Positions 9,709 to 17,367 of a stretch of 64,000 bases of DNA are shown here, one piece after another. Numbering within the stretch: the stretch's first letter is position 1; every line of letters begins with the position of its first letter. The notes under the pieces were generated by a model. It saw only the letters and a list, made by a program, of their open reading frames with translations. It made no database searches and was not told the DNA's origin. This DNA is from Candidatus Aminicenantes bacterium (GTDB lineage: Bacteria > Acidobacteriota > Aminicenantia > Aminicenantales > Saccharicenantaceae). The translations under genes and the position numbers were made by a program. Location: NCBI GenBank assembly GCA_963717865.1, contig CAVQXL010000005.1, positions 337,716 through 401,715 on the forward strand. The letters are read 5' to 3'.

Positions 9709-10311
9709 TTGCTGTTCTTGCTGAATCCGGCAGGGCTTAAGCTTTTTGTTTCGGCGACAAAAGCCCATCCGATCCTCATGGGATTCTCCAAGTTCTTTAT
9801 CCTGGCCTCCATGGGCGAGCTTCTGGCCATCCGGATCACAAGAAAGGCTTGGGCATTCAAGGGCATTCATCTTTTTAAAAAGGCCCTCGGCTGGGGTTTT
9901 CTGGGGATCCTCGTCACTTACGCCTTCCCGCTTTTCAACGCGGGCGTCAATGCCCTCGTCGAGGCGGGAATGCTCCCCGTTTTCAAAGAAGGGCTCAAGC
10001 GGACGATCCTGGTCGCCGTCTACAAATCGACGTTTTTCAATATCGTCTTCGGTTTCGAGTTCATGACCCTGCATAGGATCATGGATTCTTACATCAGTCG
10101 TCCCAGGCCGTTCCTCGAGATCTTCAAGGGCATCGATTGGGACAACATGTGGAAGGTCGTGGGCTTTTCCCTGCTCTGGTTCTGGATCCCGGCCCAGACC
10201 GTGACCTTTTCTTTCCCGCCGGAATTCAGGATCCTCATCGCCGCATTGCTTTCGATCTGTCTGGGCGTGATCCTGGCGCTCGCCAGGAGCCGGAGTCAGC
10301 AAACCTCCTGA
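9709..10311 (+). CDS. hypothetical integral membrane protein (lower-GC)
   Basis: 200 aa with multiple hydrophobic segments and no recognised family. The region is visibly more AT-rich than its flanks. Confidence 0.45.
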   Translation: MLFLLNPAGLKLFVSATKAHPILMGFSKFFILASMGELLAIRITRKAWAFKGIHLFKKALGWGFLGILVTYAFPLFNAGVNALVEAGMLPVFKEGLKRTILVAVYKSTFFNIVFGFEFMTLHRIMDSYISRPRPFLEIFKGIDWDNMWKVVGFSLLWFWIPAQTVTFSFPPEFRILIAALLSICLGVILALARSRSQQTS

Positions 10312-10336
10312 GCCGGCCCCGCAAGAAAGGCAGACA

Positions 10337-10561
10337 ATGCTCGAGGAATTGCTGCGGGACTATAATGAAGGCCGATCGATGAGCTTTTACTGCAAAGCCT
10401 GCGCGAGAATGCCTGTCGACCTGATCGACAGATCGATAAAAATGGCAAAGGAAAAATTGGCCTGTGAGAAAATGGATAGATCCGATCTGAGAACGAAGGC
10501 AAATCTTGTCAAAGCGATGATCAAAGATATCGCGCTTGGGGCCGGCGTTAGCTTGGATTGA
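10337..10561 (+). CDS. small hypothetical protein (74 aa, lower-GC)
   Basis: ORF only. Cys-x2-Cys (CKAC) near the N-terminus. No family recognised. Confidence 0.3.
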   Translation: MLEELLRDYNEGRSMSFYCKACARMPVDLIDRSIKMAKEKLACEKMDRSDLRTKANLVKAMIKDIALGAGVSLD

Positions 10562-10664
10562 AAGGAAGCGTCTTTTCTCGGCTTTGCCGGCGCCGGGATC
10601 AGGATCCCCTTAAGCGCATCGCTTCACTATCGATGTGATGCCGAAGCTCTGACGGGCTCCGGCA

Positions 10665-11588
10665 TTATTTCTTCGGAGGGACGCGGTCTCCTTTGGACGG
10701 GTCGGGCGGAAAGACGTCCTGGACCGCGAAGTCCACCCAGATCAGCGTCTCGGTGTTCGGCGTCGCGGCCAGGATGCGGTCGCCGATCTCCTTGACCGGG
10801 TCCTTCATCTGGCTCCACCAAGGCTTATCGGTCCGGTAGCCGTACTGGAACCCGACGGGCGCCGGGGCGAAGGTCTTGCCCCATTTGGCGAACTCGGCGA
10901 TCATGTCGTCCGACGACTTGAAGATCTGGCTGTCGTCGACGAACATGATGCCGTCGCGGACGGTCGGGGGCATGACGTCCTCGCGGAAGTGCTTCAGGAA
11001 CATGCGGTAGGAGGGGTTGTGGGACCGGGCTGCCGCCAGCCATGTCTTGGCCAGCTCATCGGTCACCGGGTCGCCGAGGTCGGGGTTATTGGAGCGGTGC
11101 CACTCGATGTCGACGCCGACCCCGATGACGCACTTATGGTGGCCGTAGCGGTCGAGCATAACATGGAAGGCCTTATCGACGGGCGCCCAGCCCGGCTCGG
11201 TCTGGAGCCAGACGCGGTAGCCGAGCTTGTCGAAGAGCTGGAGCACGGGCTCGCTGAGGTCTTCGGGCATCCCCGTGATGAGCGGGTCGCCGCCGGGAGG
11301 GACAGGGAACGACATCTCGGTGCCGCGGCCCTTCAGCCGGCTCACGATCCAGATGGCTTCCGGTTTCGCGCCGGGGAACTTGGCCGCGATCTCGGTTCCG
11401 GTGCGCGCCCAATACCCGGGGCCGGGGTCGTTCGGGCGGCCATAGGTCGAGCTTCGGATGCCCGCGCCCTGGAGCTTGTCGGTCCGTTCCGCCAGCAAGG
11501 ACCCGCAGATCGCCACGGCCATGAGGACCGTCAGCCCCGCCGCCATTACCGGCAGCGCCCCGCGCCCATTTGTCCGCATTAGGGTCAT
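10665..11588 (-). CDS. secreted hypothetical protein (possible TIM-barrel glycosidase-like)
   Basis: 307 aa with N-terminal signal/TM MTLMRTNGRGALPVMAAGLTVLMAVAICG. No confident family. Confidence 0.5.
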   Translation of the reverse strand: MTLMRTNGRGALPVMAAGLTVLMAVAICGSLLAERTDKLQGAGIRSSTYGRPNDPGPGYWARTGTEIAAKFPGAKPEAIWIVSRLKGRGTEMSFPVPPGGDPLITGMPEDLSEPVLQLFDKLGYRVWLQTEPGWAPVDKAFHVMLDRYGHHKCVIGVGVDIEWHRSNNPDLGDPVTDELAKTWLAAARSHNPSYRMFLKHFREDVMPPTVRDGIMFVDDSQIFKSSDDMIAEFAKWGKTFAPAPVGFQYGYRTDKPWWSQMKDPVKEIGDRILAATPNTETLIWVDFAVQDVFPPDPSKGDRVPPKK

Positions 11589-11779
11589 GTTATCCTCCCT
11601 CCGCGATCCGGTTCGATGAAATCAGGTTGATTCGACAATAGCATAGGAAAAGGCCGGGTTCAAGGTTCCGCTCAGTGCCATTGACGTTGCGAGCCGCCTT
11701 TCTCTATGATATTTTCAGGTCAACTTTTAAAGAAGATGAATTCCCGAAGGGCCCGCGAAAACAAAAGGAGGGTTGCTCT

Positions 11780-12400
11780 ATGGTCATAACCAACGTTGCC
11801 AGGAAGATCGAATATTTTCATGCCTCGAAGTATGGAAATGGAACCATGGTTGCGGAAGAGTTCAAGAAACAGATGGCCGCCAAGGGGGTCGCTGTCATCG
11901 TCCATCATGTCAGGGATGTGAGGCCAAAGGAATTTCATGCCTCGAAGTATGGAAACGGAGCCATGGTCGCGGAGGAGTTCAAGAAGCAGATGGCCGCCAA
12001 GGGGGTCACGGTCAACGTCCATCACATCCGGGATGCGAGGCCAAAGGAGATGCCGCCGGCCGACCTGTACCTGTTCAGCTCACCGGGGCGCATGGGCAAG
12101 CCCATCGGACGCATGCGCCGTTTCCTGAAGAAGGTCAAGCTGCCGTCGGGAACGAAGTACGCCATCCTGACCACCGAGGGCGCCCCTCGGCCGGACAAGA
12201 AGACCGGACGGATGCCCACCGAAGAGGAGCTGGCCAAGTGGCAGCGCGTCATCCCTATCATGAACGAAATACTGCAGGAAAAGGGCCTGGTCAAGGTCGC
12301 CGAGGGCAAGATCCTGGTGACCGGCCTCAAGGGGCCGCTGGAAGAGGGCTGGCAGAAGAAAGTGGAAGCCTTCGCATCCCAGATCCCCATCCTGCCTTAA
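11780..12400 (+). CDS. flavodoxin-like fold protein with internal in-frame 117-bp tandem duplication
   Basis: AAAAGGAGG RBS 7 nt before ATG 11780. KIEYFHASKYGNGTMVAEEFKKQMAAKG resembles the flavodoxin/WrbA N-terminus. A 39-aa segment is duplicated. Confidence 0.55.
   Translation: MVITNVARKIEYFHASKYGNGTMVAEEFKKQMAAKGVAVIVHHVRDVRPKEFHASKYGNGAMVAEEFKKQMAAKGVTVNVHHIRDARPKEMPPADLYLFSSPGRMGKPIGRMRRFLKKVKLPSGTKYAILTTEGAPRPDKKTGRMPTEEELAKWQRVIPIMNEILQEKGLVKVAEGKILVTGLKGPLEEGWQKKVEAFASQIPILP
11816..12049. repeat. 2 x 117-bp tandem direct repeat (~88% identical) inside flavodoxin-like CDS
   Basis: Unit 1 is 11816..11932 and unit 2 is 11933..12049. Both begin TTTCATGCCTCGAAGTATGGAAA. Confidence 0.85.
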
Positions 12401-12423
12401 TGCCCCGGCGGGTGAGGGCGATA

Positions 12424-13254
12424 ATGAACGGCAGAAAACTCATAGCAGGCATGTTTTTGATCGGGCTCTTGTCAGGGATCGCGCCCGCGTCCCCATGGGG
12501 CGAACCCGGCAGCGCCCTCCAGCCGGGTTATCATCTCGGGGGGAAGTATCTCTTGAACTTCGCCCCGGATTTCAAGAACATCGTCGTTTCCCCGTTCCAC
12601 TGGAAGGGGCGAGACGCGCTCCTATTCGGCGGCACCGCGGCGCTTACGGGTTTGCTGTATGCCTACGATGGGGACATCGGTCGATGGGTCCTGGACCATC
12701 GATCGCTCACGTCGAACGGCACGACCCGCTTCCTGACCCATCTCGCCGAGCCGCCGGCCATGCTGGGTCTGATCACGACGATGTACGCCACGGGCGAGGT
12801 CTTCGGCAAGCCGGGGCTGAGGCGAACGGCCCTGCTCAGCCTGGAAGCCTATGTCCTCCACTCCGCCACCAGCAGCTTCATAAAATTCATCACGGGGCGT
12901 TTGCGCTATGAAGCGGGCGAAGGTCCCCATTCCTTTCATCCATTCTCGATCGACTTCTCCAAGACATCTTTCCCTTCGGGCCATTCCGGCTCGATCTTCT
13001 CCGTGGCCGCGGTCATCGCCGGGGAAGCCGACAGCTGGGCCGTCGGCGCCCTGGCCTACGGCGTGGCGGGATTGGCGGCCATTTCGCGATTGCACGATAT
13101 GGACCATTGGGCCTCCGACATCCTGGCGGGGTCGGTCCTGGGTTTTTTCATCGGCAAAATGGTGCGGCATCTCAATCCGCACCGGGGGGCGGATTCTCCC
13201 GGCGCGGCGGGCGGGCGCGGGCCGGTCGGATTTTCCCTGTCGTTTCGATTCTGA
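12424..13254 (+). CDS. PAP2-family phosphatase (phosphatidic acid phosphatase type 2-like), alternative start 12400
   Basis: Signal-like N-terminus MNGRKLIAGMFLIGLLSGIAPASP. PAP2 motifs FPSGHSGS and SRLHDMDHWASDILAG. Confidence 0.75.
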   Translation: MNGRKLIAGMFLIGLLSGIAPASPWGEPGSALQPGYHLGGKYLLNFAPDFKNIVVSPFHWKGRDALLFGGTAALTGLLYAYDGDIGRWVLDHRSLTSNGTTRFLTHLAEPPAMLGLITTMYATGEVFGKPGLRRTALLSLEAYVLHSATSSFIKFITGRLRYEAGEGPHSFHPFSIDFSKTSFPSGHSGSIFSVAAVIAGEADSWAVGALAYGVAGLAAISRLHDMDHWASDILAGSVLGFFIGKMVRHLNPHRGADSPGAAGGRGPVGFSLSFRF

Positions 13255-13350
13255 AGAAAGGTCCAACGACCGATGTCCTCACCCCAAGGAGATGCTGAAA
13301 AAGGCCTTTTTTGGGGACAAATTGGACACAAACTGAAAAGTCCGAACAAA

Positions 13351-13380
13351 AGAGCCCCTTGTGCTTTTCTAGGGCAGGAC
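13351..13380 (+). promoter_or_regulatory. putative sigma70-type promoter (TTGTGC-N17-CATAAT) for amidohydrolase gene
   Basis: Hexamers seen 10-40 nt upstream of ATG 13390. Confidence 0.3.
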
Positions 13381-13389
13381 CCATAATCA

Positions 13390-14337
13390 ATGATGCATAA
13401 AAGGTCCGGGGTGGCAGCGCGCGTGAAATTCCTGAAGCTTTCGGTCATCTTTTTCGCCGCGGCCGGACTGTCCTGCGGCCGAGGCAAGACGGAACGCCCG
13501 CCCATGATCGATATGCACCTGCACGCGTTCAGCTTGGCCGACGGATCTGCCCCGCCGGAGAATCCGGTGACCGGGCGACCGTCCGCTTCCCGAACAACCG
13601 CGGAGCTTCGCGAGGCATCGCTGGCGGCGCTGGCGCACTACAACATCGTCAAGGCCTGCACCAGCGGTCCGCCGGAAACGGTCGCCCAGTGGCGTGCGGC
13701 GGCGCCGGATCGTGTGCTGGTCGGCGTGCATGTCGATGAGAATAACCCGCTGCCCGACTTAGCCTCGCTCCGAGCTGACATACTGGCGGGGCGCGTCCAT
13801 GTCCTCGGCGAGCTCGTCCTTCAGTACGTGGGCATGGGCCCCGACGATCCGCGGCTGGAACCATATTACGAGCTGGCCGAAGAGTTGGACATCCCCGTTG
13901 CCATCCATACGGGCATCGGCCCCCCTGGAACGCCCTATCTTCCCGGCCTCCAGGGCTTCCGTGTGACCCTGGGGAATCCGGCTCTCGTCGAGGACGTGCT
14001 CGTCCATCATCCGCGTCTGCGCGTCTACCTGATGCACGGGGGAGCTCCATACCTGCAGGAGACGAAGGCCATCCTGTCGGTGTATCCGCAGGTTTATCTG
14101 GATCTCGCGACGATTAATTGGATCCTGCCTCGCCAGGAGTTCCACAACTACCTCCACGAGCTCATGGTGGCGGGCTTCGGCAAGCGGCTGCTGTTCGGTT
14201 CGGATCAGATGTTCTGGCCCGAAGCGATTGGAATGGCCATCGAGGGGATCGAATCCGCCTCGTTCCTGTCAAAACAGGAAAAGCGCGACATCTTCTATAA
14301 CAATGCCGTCCGCTTCCTCAAGATCGAAGGGAAGTAA
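13390..14337 (+). CDS. amidohydrolase-2 family TIM-barrel metal-dependent hydrolase, lipoprotein-type signal
   Basis: 315 aa. The lipobox-like LSCG follows the signal peptide. HxH-type metal site (IDMHLHAF) and further His/Asp ligands. Confidence 0.65.
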   Translation: MMHKRSGVAARVKFLKLSVIFFAAAGLSCGRGKTERPPMIDMHLHAFSLADGSAPPENPVTGRPSASRTTAELREASLAALAHYNIVKACTSGPPETVAQWRAAAPDRVLVGVHVDENNPLPDLASLRADILAGRVHVLGELVLQYVGMGPDDPRLEPYYELAEELDIPVAIHTGIGPPGTPYLPGLQGFRVTLGNPALVEDVLVHHPRLRVYLMHGGAPYLQETKAILSVYPQVYLDLATINWILPRQEFHNYLHELMVAGFGKRLLFGSDQMFWPEAIGMAIEGIESASFLSKQEKRDIFYNNAVRFLKIEGK

Positions 14338-14564
14338 CGCTCGGACTCGCGCTGAGCCGGCCCACGGCTCCTTGGCCCCTTCCCGCCGGTTTCAGCGTCA
14401 TTGACATCCGATGATCCCCCGATCTATCATGCACAATTCGGGGATGAGACGATCTCGGTTCCAAAAACGCTCATAATGCCGGCGAAACAGAAAAAAGCCG
14501 TTGCTGATGCTTCAACACACGCCGACGGGACGGCGCGAGACTGAGGTTCTGATCGGAGCCCATC

Positions 14565-15350
14565 ATGCATATTGTCGTCTGTATCAAGCAGGTTCCCAAC
14601 ACCACCAACGTCGAGATCGATCCCGGCACCGGGACGCTGAAACGGGAAGGGGTCGAATCCGTCATCAATCCGTTCGATGAATTTGCCATCGAAGAAGGCG
14701 TTCGTCTCAAAGAACGGACGGGAGGACGGGTGACCGTCATGACCATGGGCCCTCCCCAGGCGGAATCCGCGCTTCGGGAAGCTGTGGCCCGGGGCGCTGA
14801 CCGGGCGGTCCTGATCACGGACCGCGCCTTCGCCGGCGCGGATACGTGGGCGACATCCTATACCCTGGCCAGCGCCATAAGAGCGATAGGGGACTACGAC
14901 CTCGTCCTCTGCGGGAAACAAGCTTCGGACGGAGACACCGCACAGGTGGGCCCCGGTGTCGCGGAAATGCTCGACATCCCGCATGTGGCCTACGTTAAAA
15001 AAATAGAAGAGATCGGGCCCGAGAGCATCCGGGTGGAGCGGATGATGGAAGACGGTTACGACCTGATCGAAATGCCTCTGCCCGCCCTGATCACGGTGGT
15101 CAAGGAGATCAACTTCCCGCGCCTGCCGTCCCTGAAGGGAATGATGGCGGCCAGGAAGGCCGTTATCGAAAAATGGGACGCGGCCCGGATCGGGGCGGAG
15201 GCTCCGAACATAGGGCTCACGGGCTCTCCCACCCAGGTGATGAAGATATTCAATCCTCCGCCCCGGCAGGGTGGGGAAGCGCTTTCCGGTTCCGTCGAGG
15301 AAATGGCGGCAGGGCTTGTCGAGCGCCTGAAAAAAGCACAGATGATCTAG
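14565..15350 (+). CDS. etfB: electron transfer flavoprotein beta subunit
   Basis: MHIVVCIKQVPNTTNVEIDPGTGTLKREGVESVINPFDEFAIEEGVRLKE is a classic EtfB N-terminus. 261 aa. Confidence 0.9.
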   Translation: MHIVVCIKQVPNTTNVEIDPGTGTLKREGVESVINPFDEFAIEEGVRLKERTGGRVTVMTMGPPQAESALREAVARGADRAVLITDRAFAGADTWATSYTLASAIRAIGDYDLVLCGKQASDGDTAQVGPGVAEMLDIPHVAYVKKIEEIGPESIRVERMMEDGYDLIEMPLPALITVVKEINFPRLPSLKGMMAARKAVIEKWDAARIGAEAPNIGLTGSPTQVMKIFNPPPRQGGEALSGSVEEMAAGLVERLKKAQMI

Positions 15351-15388
15351 CGGGATACGAGGCTGTTCCAACGAAGGAGATAGGACCC

Positions 15389-16630
15389 ATGTCACATCGG
15401 ATCGAGGTCATTCCGGAAAAATGCAGCGGATGTCGCCTGTGCGTGCCTCAGTGTCCGTTCGGGGCCATCACCATGGCGGAACGTCCCGACCACCCCAGGA
15501 AATTCAAGCTGGCGGTGATCGATCTCCAGAAATGCACCTACTGCGGGGCCTGTGTCGACGCCTGTAAGAAGTTTTCCGCGATCCTGATCGTCAAAGATGA
15601 ACCGGTCCGTCTCGACATCGACCCTGCCCGCTACCGGGGGATCTGGGTTTACGCCGAACAGCGCCACGGGGAGATCTCTCCGGTCGCCTACGAGCTGTTG
15701 AACGAAGCCCGGCGCCTTGCGCGAAAGCTGGACGTCCCGTTGAGCGCTATCCTGATCGGGGACCGCATCGAAGCCAAGGCGCGCGATCTCATCCAGCACG
15801 GGGCGGACAAGGTCTATATCTATGACGACCCGATGTTCGTGGAGTTCCAGGATGACCCATACAGCGACGTCCTGTCCCATCTGATCGAGGAGGAAAAGCC
15901 CGAGATCGTCCTCATGGGAGCGACCAATATCGGGCGGTCGTTCGCCTCCCGCGTGGCTGCCAGGATCCGCACGGGCCTGACCGCGGACTGCACGGGACTC
16001 GAAGTCGACCCGGCGACGAGAAATCTGCTCCAGACCCGCCCCGCGTTCGGCGGCAATATCATGGCCACCATCCTGACTCCGCGCCACCGTCCCCAGATGG
16101 CCACGGTCCGCCACAAGGTGTTCAAACCGGCGCCTCGGGACGCATCGCGGACGGGTGAGATCATCAGGAAAAAGGTCGATCCTGCAGGGATCCGGAACCG
16201 GACCCGCTTCCTTGAATTCGTCAAGGACACGACCGCCCGCGTCAACCTGGCGGAAGCGGACATCATTTGCTCGGGCGGCAGGGGACTTGCCAGGCCGGAA
16301 GGATTCAAGCTCATCGAGGACCTTGCGGACTGCCTGGGAGGAGCGGTCGGGGCTTCGCGCGCCGCGGTGGACGAGGGCTGGATCCCCTACTCGCACCAGG
16401 TGGGACAGACAGGGCGGACGGTGAGCCCGAAGATCTATTTCGCCTGCGGTATTTCCGGACAGATCCAGCATCTGGTCGGCATGGGATCATCCGAGGTGAT
16501 CGTCGCGATCAATACGGACGCGGCCGCTCCGATGATGAAGATCGCCACCTACGCGCTGGAAGGCGACGTGTACGAGGTCGTCCCCTGGATCATCGCCAAG
16601 GTCAAAGCATTCAAGGGGCAGAGCGCCTGA
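15389..16630 (+). CDS. etfA: electron transfer flavoprotein alpha subunit with N-terminal 2x[4Fe-4S] ferredoxin domain
   Basis: AGGAG RBS. Two CxxCxxCxxxCP motifs (CSGCRLCVPQCP and CTYCGACVDACK) precede an EtfA body (..RTGLTADCTGLEVD..YFACGISGQIQHLVGM..). Confidence 0.9.
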   Translation: MSHRIEVIPEKCSGCRLCVPQCPFGAITMAERPDHPRKFKLAVIDLQKCTYCGACVDACKKFSAILIVKDEPVRLDIDPARYRGIWVYAEQRHGEISPVAYELLNEARRLARKLDVPLSAILIGDRIEAKARDLIQHGADKVYIYDDPMFVEFQDDPYSDVLSHLIEEEKPEIVLMGATNIGRSFASRVAARIRTGLTADCTGLEVDPATRNLLQTRPAFGGNIMATILTPRHRPQMATVRHKVFKPAPRDASRTGEIIRKKVDPAGIRNRTRFLEFVKDTTARVNLAEADIICSGGRGLARPEGFKLIEDLADCLGGAVGASRAAVDEGWIPYSHQVGQTGRTVSPKIYFACGISGQIQHLVGMGSSEVIVAINTDAAAPMMKIATYALEGDVYEVVPWIIAKVKAFKGQSA

Positions 16631-16644
16631 CCGCTCAAAGGATC

Positions 16645-17211
16645 ATGATGCAAAACAAGAACATTATCCGTATTGTGCTCGCGACCGCGTTCATTCTGCT
16701 GCTGCCCCTGTTGGCGATGCAGATCACCGATGAAGTGGTCTGGGACCTGGCCGATTTCGCTGTCGCCGCCGTCCTCCTGCTCGGCACTGGTCTCATGTAT
16801 GAGCTGGTAGCGAGGAAGGGGGACAATGTTGCGTACCGCGCCGCCGTCGGCGTTGCGCTTGCGGCAGCGCTCTTCCTCGTCTGGATGGCCCTTGCTGTCG
16901 GCATCCTCGGAGTCGAGGGCGACCCCGCCGACTTGATGTATATCGGGGTGCTTGCCGTCGGAATCATCGGTGCCATCATTGTGCGCTTCCAGCCGCATGG
17001 AATGGCACGCGCATTGTTCGCGACGGCGACCGCTCAGGCGTTGGTCGCCGTGATCGCGCTGATTGCCGGAATGCAGCATGCCGAGTTCAGCTCCGTGTCA
17101 GAAATCTTGGGGGTTAATGGGCTCTTCGTCGCGCTGTGGGTCGTATCGGCTATGCTGTTTCGACGCGCGGCGCGCAAGCGCAACGGACCCGGCGTGGAAC
17201 CAACGGCTTGA
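16645..17211 (+). CDS. hypothetical integral membrane protein
   Basis: 188 aa with 5-6 hydrophobic helices. Starts 15 nt after the etfA stop. Confidence 0.5.
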   Translation: MMQNKNIIRIVLATAFILLLPLLAMQITDEVVWDLADFAVAAVLLLGTGLMYELVARKGDNVAYRAAVGVALAAALFLVWMALAVGILGVEGDPADLMYIGVLAVGIIGAIIVRFQPHGMARALFATATAQALVAVIALIAGMQHAEFSSVSEILGVNGLFVALWVVSAMLFRRAARKRNGPGVEPTA

Positions 17212-17260
17212 CGGACGGCTGATCGCGCGATAGACGTCAATTCCACTTCCCTTTTGAACT

Positions 17261-17359
17261 ATATCTTATCCCCCAACCCCCTTACAATAAGGGGGCATTT
17301 GTCAGCCTCGCGGGCAGGGAGTGGTGGGCGATAGAGGAATTGAACCTCTGACTCCTACC
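17261..17359. repeat. 99-bp direct repeat copy 1 (partial tRNA-Val 3' half plus 61 nt of flank), att-like
   Basis: 98/99 identical to 20034..20132. Contains ..TGGTGGGCGATAGAGGAATTGAACCTCTGAC.. which is the 3' half of tRNA-Val. Confidence 0.85.
17269..17295. repeat. hairpin repeat TCCCCCAACCCCCTTA-CAA-TAAGGGGG (variant of the C-run/G-run family)
   Basis: Identical copy at 20042..20068. Both lie inside the 99-bp att-like repeats. Confidence 0.7.
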
Positions 17360-17367
17360 CAATAATG

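Noticed and set aside
11773-13254. 493-aa ORF covering the flavodoxin-like and PAP2 genes
   Set aside because: The N-terminal 210 residues are an off-frame translation of the flavodoxin-like gene. Only the portion from 12424 is a real (PAP2) protein.
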